Source: Epithemia pelagica (taxonomy: Eukaryota; Protista; Bacillariophyta). Taken from it: a DNA stretch of 64,000 nucleotides. Below the pieces are notes generated by a model. That model had not been told where the DNA came from and searched no databases. It saw nothing but the letters and a program-made list of their open reading frames with translations. Positions 46,101 through 59,128 of the stretch are shown here, piece after piece (positions within the stretch are counted from its first letter, which is position 1; each line of letters begins with the position of its first letter). Location: assembly GCA_946965045.2 (NCBI GenBank), contig OX337229.1, positions 4,960,001 to 5,024,000 of the forward strand, given 5' to 3'. The position numbers and the translations under genes were made by a program.

Positions 46101-47234
46101 GCTGGAGATTACCCCGGCAACGAGGACAACGCAAGTGGTGACTGGGGAAAAACAGCTCCCAATCAACAACCAGGAGTTCCTGTCCCACAATCGAGTCGTA
46201 CAAAGCACTCGTGTTGTCGGCAATGGGGGGTACAGTAACGGTAATATTAGTGAAGAAAGGTTTCAAATTCTCAACACAACGCTTAGAACCAAGGCACGTG
46301 TCGGTCACATAACTCGCCAACGCATGCACAGCACGTGGGACATGCACCTCCGTAGGTACTGCTGTCACACGCATAATTACCTCAAACTTGAAATCTTCGG
46401 CTGTTGGAACATACACGCCTTCCTCGCCACCAACGGTAGAACTTTCCGTTGCCGTAGTCTCCGTAGTTGATTGTGTTTTTTCATTTTCAGCGTCTCTTGT
46501 CGTTGCTTTTTTCGACGAGCAATTTGGACGATGCTCCATGAAAGTGTTGAGTGCCTCCTGTGTGACATTGGAGGCGGACAATCTCTCTGCACTGGTAAGT
46601 TGCTTGCGGATTGCTTTGGCATGGGCAGCCTGGGCCTTTTCTGAGGCCACTACCTCTGCTCCTCTTCCATCGTTCATTCCCTTGCCCCTTGTTGTTGTGT
46701 TTTTGCTGCATCTGGGGTGGTGAGGGCGATGAGGGATGGCCATTCCTCTTGCCTTGGCCCTGCAGATGGGGCAGTCAATGTCGGACTCAAAGATGACCGA
46801 AAGGTCCATCTTTCTCCAACCTGAACGCTTCTTCCAACTCTTCTTTGGCCAACGAGAGTACTGATTTCCGTATCGTTGCGACTGTGGCCCCATGGCCTTG
46901 GCCGCTGTGAATTGTGCTGCAGAACTCATGATCTCTATTTGTTATTCTAACTTATTGAAGTGTATCCTCTTTTCCAGGCTTCTGACCATGCTCAAAAGGG
47001 TCATAAGATGGTCAGAAGAGGACTTGTCGCAATGGTCGACTTGGCCATGCCATGGGCGACCGTGAAGGACCGACCGGATCGGCTGATGGAATCTTCCCTC
47101 CATGTTTTTTGTCCGTGATTCGATGGGTTCCCGGGACACGGTAAGACACCTGTAACGACATTTGTTTCCTAAGTGATTTTTTGTGAAACGACATTTCTAA
47201 CCCAATCATATTGCTGCCTTTTGAAACTAACACC
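43164..47234 (-). mobile_element. TIR-less DDE transposon, copy 2 (4071 bp), with an intact ORF
   Basis: Same termini as copy 1 (AAAATAGGGGGG... and ...GAAACTAACACC) in the same orientation. No clean TSD. Confidence 0.9.
43624..46929 (-). CDS. 1101-aa putative DDE transposase (MULE/Dada-like, DUF6729-type signature)
   Basis: Candidate catalytic residues in FAHDHTHQ (D), MYSDTWP (D), RLGLFHFIQR (xxxH motif) and GESKLESFH (E). Zn-binding motifs CPIC..HHPRC, CPRC..YKCAGC and C-terminal CC..C..GRPPHDRRC. Gln/Thr-rich linker. Confidence 0.75.
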   Translation of the reverse strand: MSSAAQFTAAKAMGPQSQRYGNQYSRWPKKSWKKRSGWRKMDLSVIFESDIDCPICRAKARGMAIPHRPHHPRCSKNTTTRGKGMNDGRGAEVVASEKAQAAHAKAIRKQLTSAERLSASNVTQEALNTFMEHRPNCSSKKATTRDAENEKTQSTTETTATESSTVGGEEGVYVPTAEDFKFEVIMRVTAVPTEVHVPRAVHALASYVTDTCLGSKRCVENLKPFFTNITVTVPPIADNTSALYDSIVGQELLVVDWELFFPSHHLRCPRCRGNLQRTRSNFSKNKSLFPIFAMSGPPKYAILMGYKCAGCSAAFYANDGELLARLPPYMAMCYPVESKYARGTSHLAKDATRIMEASMVTYGNGDYISRMLYEGINTYYEDKTMRYYSYCAATGKESEDYVQKDGEFLVRYPPLGETIRQLYDDGASSEWQPWMVSDNERNTREIQGVRCQHMFAHDHTHQVVKNYPRRLNAAAMWTMATETGEIACAVLVHDTSALEFAHAAEQVLRRTGFCPKAMYSDTWPCGKDFWLLLVDDLEGRLGLFHFIQRITKTLRQRHIDFGIAMKELLDAIYEYHPEDLEKLVGSLKNGTMSSSKKQYTDEEISEMMGTKTFRQRYSKHLRKIIRGGDTIVLNLEEWKCKYKCTSTPGKPPARGRLDPHSNQPLFTAETHQALENCKEKAKFLADPLPVEKMYREIPPSPRSSNQLVEYVPLRGESKLESFHDNLTHFANCGMRETLADALNLAGTAQFNRAIRHKMRIMTKSQEERSVVPAGWEMVVSFGNACKTNMINILASMSGASRPPFPEVEKLPEDTGERFFSEYLETRKEITQQVPKHPLNDRCQCRKCASNKKRLPHDTSIPLLGLAEEESEVEDEIQQIQQPQTQPETQQQTRQETQQQTQQQETAQAQAISSNKRKEREGEEKESDDLDENNTSNKKQKVTNNSEALPTTTMAATNQSAATVQDQQQQHKEPQNAANSTPAMATTANGLVVLQSTTTTTTTRQKNQPVNPYKQNQQRPTTLPDQQQYPFAFHSNPHGWGGLQSVPQCMPTVPPFGPPPRVQTQFCCVKYMKYCVERGKGRPPHDRRCPKRALNKAPSSFS

Positions 47235-47863
47235 CCCCAATCCCCAAGGGCTTTTTGCTTTTTGCGTTGAGCTATTCTATATTCTATACCTTATTCTTGT
47301 ATCTCTAATCTCTATTCCATGTTCCATGTTTCATACTCGGGTAAGATAGAAAAGAGAAAAGAAGTGGGGGATAAACAAGAGGCGAGCAATCGATTATCAA
47401 TGCAAGCGTGTACACATGGTAAACGGAGGGAATATTGTCGCATCCTATCGTTGAGACAAACTATCCTTGCTGTATACGTTGGAAGTAACAAATGATGAGC
47501 TTGTACCTCTGTCGAACTGTGGAATTTACAACAACCACCTTAGGTTCATGGATAAGCGTCATTCAACTGTTCACTGACCCCTACCCAGATCCCGGTACAA
47601 TGGCTGGCTTAATCTTCGAGGATTTGTTGGAAAACACCTCCCCTACTGGGTTTATGAGAAAGTTCATGTCCACTCTATGTTCCCAATCCAGTTTCATCCA
47701 ACTATTGCACTCAGCATGAACTAAAGAGACAGCAGTTGAGTATCGATCAATTGACTTAGTGAACGCTGAACCCGACTTTTCCATTAATGGTGCAATCTGC
47801 TGCGTTCAAAGGAAAAGAAACACATAACATCTTGATAGCAAATTTCATTGACTTGTCGAGAAT

Positions 47864-48234
47864 CTAGTGATAGTACCTGAAATAAATGAGGGTCATCAGT
47901 CAGTAATGTACAAAAAGGTGGTCCTGATGTATATCCCCGGCCACTTACAATTCGAGGCTCATGCCATCATGAATTTCGTAATCACTCAATGTGATATGGT
48001 CCTGGAGCGCGACGGAAACAAAAAGTTCAATAATGGAATATCATCCAGCAAAGACTCAACACAGATACCCTGAATTACCTTGTATACAGTATACCATTTC
48101 TGAATCCGAAGCTTTTCGGGACGAGTTCCCAGCTGAGCGGCTGCAAGTTTCTTCAAGTCACCTATAGTGTCATCTTCATTGCACTTGACTCGTACCTTCT
48201 TGCCCAATCGATCATCTAGTATTACTTCGATCAT
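47864..48234 (-). CDS. UBL5: Ubiquitin-like protein 5 (Hub1); introns 48002-48078 and 47877-47948
   Basis: [30 protein letters not shown]...[29 protein letters not shown]. Confidence 0.95.
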
Positions 48235-48570
48235 GGTGAAGGTAAACAAGGAAATGGAAATTATTGGCCCTCAACCGCGATTAAAAGCGACTACCTCGTA
48301 GTTTTTTAGCTATGTATGCGTGAGAGTTGAGCCATAACTAGGTATACTCAGGAGTAGATCTCGTGGTGTTGAGCCTCTTCCTCCAATAAAGCTCGTTAAA
48401 GATCAGGAACCAGCAGCAGAGTCGATCGTTAAAGATACTTTTCCTGGAGTGTTGTAGGGCAGGATGCCGTGTAGGATCATCTTGCGTCCGAAAATGGAAA
48501 GATAGTCACGAAAATGTGGAGCTCTTCTATATCCCAACCTCCAGTTAAAGTCGAGTTCAGTGAGCCTTTA

Positions 48571-51500
48571 TCATTTTGTTCTTCGATGACAATGTCGATC
48601 GCGGGACGATGCCCTTTCTTCTATTCTACGCTTCCGACGTTCTTTCTCACGAATTTGTTTTTCCACCTTCCGCTTTGCAGCAATCTTAGGATCTCGAGCT
48701 GCATCGATTCTATATTCCTCAGACCTTTTCATCTTTTTCTCCTGGGCCCTATGTTTTACCGCTCCATATGCATCCACAAACTTCTCGTGGGAAGGACAAA
48801 GTTCTTCAAGCAAATGAAGTACCTCTTGTGCCAGTTGTGACTCCTCAGAAGTGACGCCACCCATCGATCCACTCTTTGAATTGTTCATTTCCGTTTCATT
48901 CCGGGATTCTCTTTCCACTCGATATAGAGGTTCAATCATCAAATCAAGAAAGTCGAAAGCAATTCCATTTCCATACTTGGCGAAAGCAGCAAAACATTTG
49001 AAAACAGCTTTGCGGCGTTTCGGTCCCTTAGGCTTTGCTATTTGAGACAACCGCATAATAAGCCACCGCATGGGGTTGACAGTCTTATTTTTGCTGTCTT
49101 CAGTGTCCGATCCAGGGAAGCATAGAAGAGGATATTTGTTCGACGCTTTCAGAGTGAACGTTAATGCCTTGATCACTATTGCGACAGCATCGTCGCTGTC
49201 TCCGTCTTCCTCGCCCTCCAGAAACGAACAAAGAGCAGAAGACAACAGAAATAAATTGCCTCGTTCTTGCAGAAAAGACGTCGCCTGATTTGCGACAAAT
49301 TCACACGGGTCCAGTGACTGGAGATGTTGAAATAGCAGACGCAAAGACACTAGTCCCACCCATGGATGACATCCAGAGACATAAGAAACGACTTTGGGCC
49401 ACAGGCCAAGGGTTCCTCCAACTGTATCAGGGAATTTTCCGTTCAGCTTCTCAAGCAGAAGCAGGGCAAAATATGTAACTTCCCAATCATTGTTTGGGTC
49501 AAGCGTATCAACCGCGAGATCGACCATTCTATTGACCGTCGTGTCGACATTCACTTTGATAACGCTGCAGTCAACAAAGACACCAAGAACACTGAGCGAG
49601 GCCCTCCGCAAGCGTTGGTCCGGACTAGCGCCCCATGTAAACAAGTAATCCAGTATATCGGATTGCAATATGTCCGGTGGTAGTCGGGAAAAAAGCGTCG
49701 AGAGGCATTCTGAAATAGCGCGCCTTCCTTTCTCAGACTCATCGTTTCCAAGTTGCATTGTGAGTGGTAAGAAGAACAGTCGGCAGTGTTGGATAATTAA
49801 AGGGTCTGGGAATTTGGTAAGAACGGACCCAATCATCGATATAGCTGTTTGTCGACCATCAACTCCATCGAACTGTATGTTGACGACAAGTTGTTTCAGC
49901 TCCTTTGCAAGTCGCTCCGTGGAAAGCGGATAGCTCATAAGGAACCGCACGTAAAGGACTGCGGCTTGCTGGCGTAAAGTCTCCTTATGACTCTGAATCG
50001 AGAGTTTCGATATCATTCCCATCAAGTCGTACATCCCAGGAGAGATAACCTGTCTTGCAACCAAAATTCGGGTAAGATCCAACGCTGGATTATGCTGGTT
50101 CGCTTTCTCCAGTGATGTCTGGAGAATTGAAAGAAGTAGTTCCATTTGTTCTTCATTGAGCACCATTCTCCCATGAATTTTCTGTACCTGTAGAAGATGT
50201 GCCATCATCTTGAAACCAGCCTGAAGAAGTTCTTCATTACCACCATACCCGGCAAGCAATTCAAGTGTCTTTGATGCCAGAACATTGGAAGTAGTCTCAA
50301 ATGACGGAAGTGGTGCATCCCTGTTCCCTAGGTCACTCAGACATCGCATTGCCAAAAGTATTGCTTCCGAATCACGGCAACGACATACGCATTCAGTTAA
50401 AAGCGGCACAAATGGATCAAGTTCTTCGCTGACAACCCCGTCAGTGCCACCACGAATGGCGTATCGAAGCAATTGGAGTCCGAAAATGACAGCAATGGTC
50501 GAACCAGGATCGTCAACAGCAGTTATAGAGACGTTCAACGTGCTTCTTCTCCAACTCCCGGTTAGCTTAGGGGCATCAATACCATCACGGACCTTGTTCT
50601 GCATTCTCTCTGAATGCATTTTGTCATCACGTGCTGCGAGTGCTGTTGATGATACATCAGAACAAGATGGGCGCCACTCCGTTACAAGCCCTGAGCCACG
50701 CTCGTCGTTCGCCTCGTCCTTGGCATCGACGCGGTCCAATGACTCTCCGCGTTTCATGTACGGATCAATTGTGGCGTAAACGATCGGTAGAATGATAGAA
50801 GTCGTGAAGGTGGCATTGTTTGAGAGACCTTGAACCACGCGACCCAGGCACTCTTTAACGAGCCGCAGCTGCTTCATACTATGAGCATCATGTAGAATTC
50901 TGTTCAGGAGAGGTGAAACTAGACAGTACATAACACCACCTTGGTGTCCACCTACGTTCCCATGCTTTTCCTGAGTTTTGTTGATGCAGATCATTTGGGC
51001 TATCAGCTCAAGAGAGTGGAGGCTTTTTGATCCACCCGCTTCCTTGACATATCGAACTTGGTTGAATTCTGCATTTCGTCTATCTTGTGCGTTTCCAAAC
51101 AGATCCCGTTGAAGAAGATCCATTAACGCGGGAACGCTGGTATCAATATCTGACCTTGTTCCTTTCAGCTGACCATCCCCCGAGTTAAAACAAGTCTCCC
51201 ATGTTTGGAGCAGAATGGAGTGCACGGCGGCCGCACGCACGTGAAGCTGGTAGCCTTCCCTTAATGTCACTGCTAGTTCTCTCAGGATATCTGGAAGAAA
51301 CCTGAGACCCACATCAGTTGAAAGTCGTGCCAAAGTTGTCCTGGCCAAGTCCCGAGCATTTGAATCACGACTTTTCAGAGCATCGCTCAAGACGGTTATC
51401 AAACGAGGAAGCTTCCGCTCCAGAACACCATCAGGGAGTTTCTTGTACAATTCTGCAAGTCCAAGAATTACCTGTGGACGAACGAGGCCTATTTTCTCGC

Positions 51501-54500
51501 CTGTCTTCCCAGTTTTTTGTTTCATGAAAAGCTCTTCAATTCTCGGAATAATCCGACTTTCGAGTGCTTTCCACACCACACTTTCTTCTCCTACGGTTGA
51601 ATCGTAAGGATCGCCAACGTCAAAATGGAAGCCGCTCAAAATGGCGCATATGGCTTCCACGATGTACTGAGTAAGAGGAACAAGAAAGTCGTGACCGTGA
51701 GGCGTGAGGATCAGGACAAGCCACCCATTGTTAGAATATCGCGAAACGACCTACCCGTTCCTGTTGTGTTTGTCTGTCCACTTGAGCAAGCAAAGTTCGC
51801 AACTCCTCGTGGAACTTTCTCCAAGGGAGACGTCGGGATATAGCACCAATCGTTGCAACAGCCTCCATGGCGAGAGGCTCTTCAAGTTTCGTTTTACTCT
51901 CATATACTGGGTGCAGTACGATTGGGAAGATGATTCCTGAAAGCGACTGCTGGGAAAATAAACCTTCGTCAGAGCTATCGCCTAGAATTTGCTTACGAAG
52001 GCGGGAAAGAGCTCGTGAACGGCGATGAATTTGAACATGGGTAATATTCTGAAAAAAGTCAAGGTCTGGTTCTTCCTTTGAAACAAGAATCCTGAGGTCT
52101 CCAAGGAGATGAGGCGACCGAGAAGTCTCACAAATTTGTGCAACCTCTGCGACGAGGAGAATGAAAAATCGTCGGGGGCCAGCCTCCTTGCAACATACAC
52201 CAGCTCGGATCATCGGCACAATCGACTGCTCCATAAACTTTTCCCATTGCTCGATAGATAACGCCTGCGCAGACGAAGTTTCTTCACACAATTGTTTTGA
52301 ACAGAAAATGAGTTCCTTGAGGGAATGCAAAGATGCTCGAACCACAACGCCATCTTCACTGTACAAACAATGAAAACAGATACGAATCACTGGCAACAAC
52401 AAGTGCAACATTAAGTTGACATTTTTCATAAGTGAAGTCCAAGAGAATTTGCTTTCTCGATTGCTCAGATCTTTCAATGCAGACAAAACTGTATCAGTGT
52501 CTAATTCGTCTACTGTCTTTGTGTTCATTGATGACAGCTTGACCACAACGACACCGATGTCGCTTGACGACTTCTCGAATTGCGGGCCGAGTTCTTTTAT
52601 GCAGAGCGCGAGCTTGCTTCGAAAAAGCAACGCCGTGTAACCGGCAGTTGTTCTGAAAGGTCCGAGAAGACGAGAGAGCTTCGCGTACAGGTTGGCGGAT
52701 GTTGAAGCAGAAATCATTCCGATGATAGATTCCAAGATATCTACAATATGTATCCGATCCCTGTCTGACATCTTGCTGTTGAATTCAAGAAAAGGAACGA
52801 GTAACATTGCAAGTGTGTCCAACTCTTCGTCAAGAGTTTCACATCGATCCTTACGTTTCAAAGAACAAATGTTGCTCAAGACAGAAAGTTGACGTTTCCA
52901 GCTGCGAGACATACCGAATAGCTCAAATCGCGTTTCGAATTGATGCAACAGATCAGGAAGAAGTCCAAGAATCATAACGGTGCCAGAGACAAGATTCTGA
53001 TCACCCGAAGTTGTAACTTCAATTAAATTCTCGATCAAGCACAGAACAGCCTCCACAACTGGAACCGAAGTGGAACGAGAAAGGCACTTTATGCCTGCCT
53101 GGACGGCACCTTTGTTTGAAAGAAGAAGCTGCGTCTGGGACCCCGAATTTTGGGAAAGGACCACGAGCAACTGCAGAAGAGATGGTACTTTGTCGCTGCA
53201 TTGTACTAGCTCTGGAAGAAGCTTAAGGGACTTGTCGAGGCATCTCCACATGCGGACTCCATATGGCGTGAAATCGAATTTTGTTGAATACTTCTCAAAT
53301 ATATCTGCAAGACGAGAATGACAGAGGCTTCTTACTCGATTTGGGCGATCTATCGTTCGTTTGGTCTCGTTTGCCTCGGTTGACTGGCCTCCCTGCTGAT
53401 CTCCAAGAGGGTACAATTCTAAAACGGAGAGAATGAGCGACATGAAACATGGAACAAAATCAATCACTCTATGTCCAAGCTGGGACATGATTGATTCCAA
53501 TACGTTAAGGAAACCTTCATGGACCACGCGAGAAAGCATCCCGCATTCTTTTGTTGATACTGAAGTCAAGTCCATCCGGAACCGCAATCGATCATCTTCA
53601 TTGAAGTCCTCGATCGGTTTTCTCTTTGCACTACTTGGTAGATACCGCCTTAGTGCCAAAAACAAGAAAGGGAATATTTCCGCATCCTCAGTGCAGAACC
53701 CTGACACAAATGAAAGTACTGCCGTCCGCCTTGCTGCTGGAGAGTCTTTCGAAGATTTTGTCCCCGACTTTGATGATATTCGACCAAAAAGAATTCTGGC
53801 CAACACGGCCGCTAATTTATGGCGAGACGAAGGAGAACAGTCTTCGATTTTCAGGTGGTGTTGTTTCAGTGAAATCATTGCATCGCGCAACTTATCAGCG
53901 GTTAAAAGTTTCAACTTATCAGAATAAGTCGACATAAACTCGGATTTGAAACGAAGGATGCATTGAAGAGCTGTTTTCGCAATGTCTCTTTCGTGGTGAC
54001 CAAGCAAAGCGGTGAAAACCTGTGCTAGCTTTCGGTGTGATACAAGCTGTTCCGGACCCTTGAGACCCATAAAGGCCTTTAGTACGGCGAGAGTCTTCCG
54101 ATCTGTCGGTCGACTGACATCGATTTCACAGTCGGCTCTAATGGAAAGAAAGAGGAAGTTGTGAGCCAGCGAAATTGTTTGAAGACCAAAACCCAATAGG
54201 AACTCACTTTTCCAATAAAGAACTCTCTTTATGTCCAAAAATTTCTATACCATCAGGATCTCCAGAAATGAAGTATTGGTGCTGAAAGAAATTCAGAACT
54301 AGAGGCACGATGTCTCTTGAATGTTCCACGATCAATCCAGGTTCATTTTCGAGGAGATCCCATAAAGTGAGAGACGCATCGCAAGGTTCTCTGTATTCAA
54401 AGACGGACACTTTTCCAGCTTCGTTAGCAGCAGTAACATGTCTCACGAACAGAGGCCATTTTCGTCCTCCCGAATATTCCCATACCCGAACCGCATGGAA

Positions 54501-57383
54501 ATGCACCGTTACATCGAAGCCGTCTGGATCCGATCCTGCAATACTTGGAGTCCTTTCTTCAAACTGATGAATTTCTTTCTCACCGTCAACCACAGTCAAT
54601 TCAGACAACCGATCAAAGATAAACGGCCAACCTGTCCCGCCATGAGAACGAAGAAGAGCACCAAGGGTCTTGATAATGGGTGTCCATACTGGAGAAAACT
54701 TCACGTGTAACATACCCATGAGGTGGCAAGCAGCAACCTCAACATAAATAACTGGAAGCTTGCCACTGCGTGCAAGAACTTCTACCCGAGACAACAATGA
54801 GAGAATACTCCTCTCCGAACTCAAATCGATCGGTAATGATTCGACATCCAGTAGAATGTCCAATAGAGCGCAATTTCCGCTTGGTCCTGTTTGGTTGTTA
54901 ACGGGAGAGGAACTTGGTTCTCCGTCATCGTCAGAGAGATCCATGTTCACGTGGTCCAGGACAAACGGCTTGTTGGGAAACGAAGCCAAAATCCGGAGCG
55001 TGTACAGCCTTTTGAAATGAGCAAAACTGTGAAGATTCGGTGTTATTGCCTCGAACACACTGTTTGAGTCGTCTGAGATATATTTCGACAACCTGCTCAT
55101 GACTCCGCATAGAAGTGAACAGGACTTGAGTGCACAGATGGAAGACGAATTCAGCACCAGGAACTTAAGACAGATATTCCTCACCCTCAGTAAACAGGGT
55201 TCAACTTCTTCGGCATTGGGAAACCTATCCAGAGCAATCGAAGAAAGAAAAGCCAAAGATTCAACCAGAGAGGAAAAGAGTAACACAGAATCGTCTTTCT
55301 GCATATTCTCGTTCAGTGGAACACGACATATAAGGTCGCTGAGCCATTCGGATGATTTCTTGTACGACTTTAGAAATACGGCGCGGTCAACGGGGCAAGC
55401 TCCGACAAATGCCGTACATTTTGCGGCAGCAGTGAGCTGTGGTATTCTGTCCAAGGGATTTTGATATGGAACCAAAATTCTTCCAAGCAAAGACGAAACC
55501 AAAGATGGTTTCGTATTGCATAATTGGGCATTTGCAGGGAAAAACGTATCGTCGTCGTACACCAACGAAGTGTCCGTCACACGACGGCACGCCACCCCGT
55601 GAACAAGGGAAATGAAATCGTCGTCACTTTCAGCCTGAAGAGCCGTTTCAAGCATCATTGAACCCATTGTTTTCAGTGCTTGTTCAGGAGGTAAACCTGA
55701 AAAGATACTCTTAGCCAAACTTCCATAGTGTCTTTCAGAGAGTCCTACTGTCCGCTCTGATGAATAACATTCAAACAATTTTGAGAAAACACCTCGCATA
55801 AACGACAGAGCATCTGGACTCTGTTTGAAGGCATCCCAAGACACACACATCAAATGCGCTATTGATTCCTCGCAGGTCTTGTCCAAGTTTTGATCGAGCA
55901 ACTTGGCGGTTATTTCTTGAATGATAGACATGACACTTTCCTTGGCGTTGTTTTCCGACATAACTTTTGCTTGCGCAATGATTTCGGACGTCAGCCGAAT
56001 CAAAAAAATTATGGAACTTGGATGGGAACCCACCCCATTACCCTTCTCTTCCAATGCAGAAAGCTGAGTCTTTATATCGACAAACAATTTCGCTCCATTC
56101 TCGGGCTTCAACACGGTAACCAACCGAGAAAAGAAAGACGACACCACCTCACGGGACAACAGGCGGTCGGCTTCCATGGCTGAACCCAAGACACAATCCA
56201 CGACAAATACCCCCTTTGAATGAAGGTCGCCTGATGCGCCTTTTGCCAATTCCAAACACAGTTGAGCAACGCCGTCGACGGCATCATTATTGATTCGTTG
56301 CAATGCGGAAGAGCATGCCTGCTGACTATGCGTCATGGAAGCATCGAGTGCCCGAAGCACGCGTCGAATATGTCGACTTTTGGCCGACCCAGACTTGAGT
56401 TTGCGAATGAGGGGAGCGAATGTTTCCGCCGACAACCGTCGAACAAGCTCACGTTTGTTTCCCAGGGTCGAACCATAGTATTTCCGCATCGGTTCCAGGC
56501 ATGGATGTTTCTTCTCCTTTTCGTTGTCCACTGTTTCCTCTAGAAGCTTCTCTGAGTCGTACCGAATAACGTAGGCCATGGCTCGAAAGACAGCTTCCAC
56601 CACAGGAACGTCCAAGGGTACAGGTTGTTTCCCCGTAGCTGGGAGGGGTGGATTGAGAAGGTCACCAACGATTCGAGGAAAAATTTTGGTATGAATCCAG
56701 GGGTGAATTTCATGTCTAAGATCTCTGGCAAGAACTGCAAGCAAATGAAGTATGTCGGTCGTGGCGTGGTTCACCTGGTATCGAAGAACCTCGTTGTCAG
56801 GCTTTGTCAAGTCGGTCGACGCTGACGTTGGTTGTGGTGGTGTCTCTTCAAGAGACAACATGTAATCAAGCATCAGCTGCACAATCTGTTCAGCATGATG
56901 CACCAATTCAGGAAGAGATCTCACCAAAGGCCAAACTTTGCGATAGAATTCCTTGAACAATTCCGATCCGTTTCGATCAATGGCAATCTCCAGCTCTTCG
57001 GCGAACGTTGTTTCGTCTGACACAACGTCCACGGTATCACGTTCAAGTTCTTCTTTGCTCAACTCTGATGTTGCCTTCCCTTCACTGATGCTTTCTTCTA
57101 AACGTCTTCGCTTCAATGGTTGGTTTGACCGAGCATGGTGGACCTTGTCTTCCCTCCACGATGCCGTCGTGGTACCGTGTCGACGCTTGTATCGTCGATA
57201 AACATCGGCCGATGCTAGTTTTGATTTTTGCTTCGACGTTGCGAATTTGAGCCTTTTCCTGGATCGGCTGTCAGTATTGATAGATTTCACGAGGTGGGTG
57301 TCCATCTTGATCAGAGCGGCAGCATCAATGCTCAGTTCTCTTCGTCGGCGGAGATTTGTGAGAGAAATGGGAGAAACGGCCAT
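48571..57383 (-). CDS. UTP20: Small-subunit processome component UTP20 (HEAT repeats); introns 54138-54207 and 51667-51754
   Basis: SLPELVHHAEQIV, LLAVLARDLRHEIHP, DFFQNITHVQIHRRSRAL, LREGYQLHV and C-terminal ARDPKIAAKRKVEK. The splices join three long ORFs into ~2900 aa. The start may instead be 57305. Confidence 0.9.
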
Positions 57384-57829
57384 TGGCCGTGCGTGATTCC
57401 CGTCTGACCTGCGTCGTGTTACGTCGCACGAGCGACCGAAGCGGGGCAAGAAGGAGCGGTAGAGGGAGTATAGCAAGGTACAATAAAAAATGAAGGACCA
57501 CGATAAATGACGGATGACAACCCCAAACCCCCCATGGGATTGTCTGATGAGGCCTAAAAGGAATGGCTTCTCAAGGCCATGGCGATCGACGAAAACAATC
57601 GCGTCTGTTTGCAATCAAAACGAAAAGGCCTCGGCAGTACTTTCGAAACTACAAAGAACATCTACAACGCAATGGAACCAGAAAAGACAGGGTATTTGGT
57701 TTCAGTGGTTTATCATACCATCATGGAGGATGACAAGAGTGCCTCTGATCAAAGAGTGAACATGTCATGAATCATGAGTCTTTGTAGTTCCAACACGTCG
57801 TGCATTCCGACACAATTGTACATTCCGGT

Positions 57830-58861
57830 TTACTTGTCTTCCGTATTCGGGAGCCAATTGCCAAATTGGTTTTCAAAATCCGACTGGGCCTTGTTCGCGG
57901 CTTCATCAAAGAATCCCTTATCTGTGTTCCAGTCATATCCTGGAACGAAACGGTTCGTCGTTCGAGGCGTCCTGGACATGTCTGGACGAGATTTGCCATC
58001 ACCCCACGGTTCCGGAGAAGCCTCACTGAACAAATCCAACTTTGAATTCTGAAACTGGTACCGTTCCAGCAGTTCCTCCACTTCCACGTGGTTTGATCCT
58101 TTTACGCGTGCCACTCGGTTTCCTGAAACGGAGACGAGAAATCCATTGATGCAGATACTGGATGCATGAGAGCCAAATTTTGTTCTGTATCAAACTCTCT
58201 GGGTACGGTGTTTTACTGCGTCAAGTCGTTCTTGTTGACGTATCTTGACAACTTACCACCATAAAATACATCAAAAGTTGGCATGATCGTCACATCCGCT
58301 TGACCAAACAAGATGTTTGAATTTTCGTATTCGGCAAAACAACGAAGGTGCAACGTCGCAGGATTCTTTCGTGCCATTCGATCGTATTCTGCCTCGGTAG
58401 CCTTGGCCCCGGGGTCCGAGGCACTTGTGAATTTGGCCACGGTTACAATTCCATCAGGTCTCTCAGGGAGAGGTTGACTGGCCAATTTGACAACTTCCTC
58501 TAGTTGTTCCATAGTGCTGTGATAATATATAGTAGACGCAAGGCCCAAAGGTAGGTATCGTCATGAGGTGATGGACTGATCAACGTTTTTATTCGAGGAA
58601 CCACTGTATTCCTTACTTGAATTCCTTGACCATGTAAGACCCAACATTCTCAGCACTCCTATCGGACAGATTCAAACTCGTCGAACGTGTCCCCCCATAG
58701 TTCAACGACCTGCTAAGCATGAGGTTGTGTGTAAGGAAAGCGAAGCCGTCCATAGATCATAGTCAACGCCGGCTTTCGACGTACCACGATAGGCCGAAAG
58801 CACAGACAGAGACAGGCTTTACAAACTGAAAGGCGAAGACAAGTACCGAGAGCAAACGCAT
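57830..58861 (-). CDS. Plastid-targeted thioredoxin-fold protein lacking CxxC; 4 exons (introns ~58712-58784, 58518-58616, 58123-58256)
   Basis: Leader MRLLSVLVFAFQFVKPVSVCA-F. Trx-like VTVAKFTS...LHLRCF...VTIMPTFDVFYGGNRVARV. GT..AG splices keep the frame. Confidence 0.75.
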
Positions 58862-59128
58862 CTTTATTGGATGACAAACAGACAACACTTCGAAAAGTTC
58901 GCTCGGCGGAATTTGTGTGTTTTGACGCTGGGTCAAAAAGCAAGGTTCAAAAGCATTGACATGCAAATAATGTGCGACTGAATTTCCACATGCATCCGTG
59001 ACTCACATTTTGATCCAATCCACACCCACCACAAACCACAACCACATCTCCCACCAAGACGGCATCATTATAGCACCAATTGAAGTGTACCGCTGGACCT
59101 TGAGACACTTGAGAGTTGATCCGACACA

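Noticed and set aside
47250-47860. Short ORFs between transposon copy 2 and UBL5
   Set aside because: They are under 80 aa, with no motifs and no supportable splice model.
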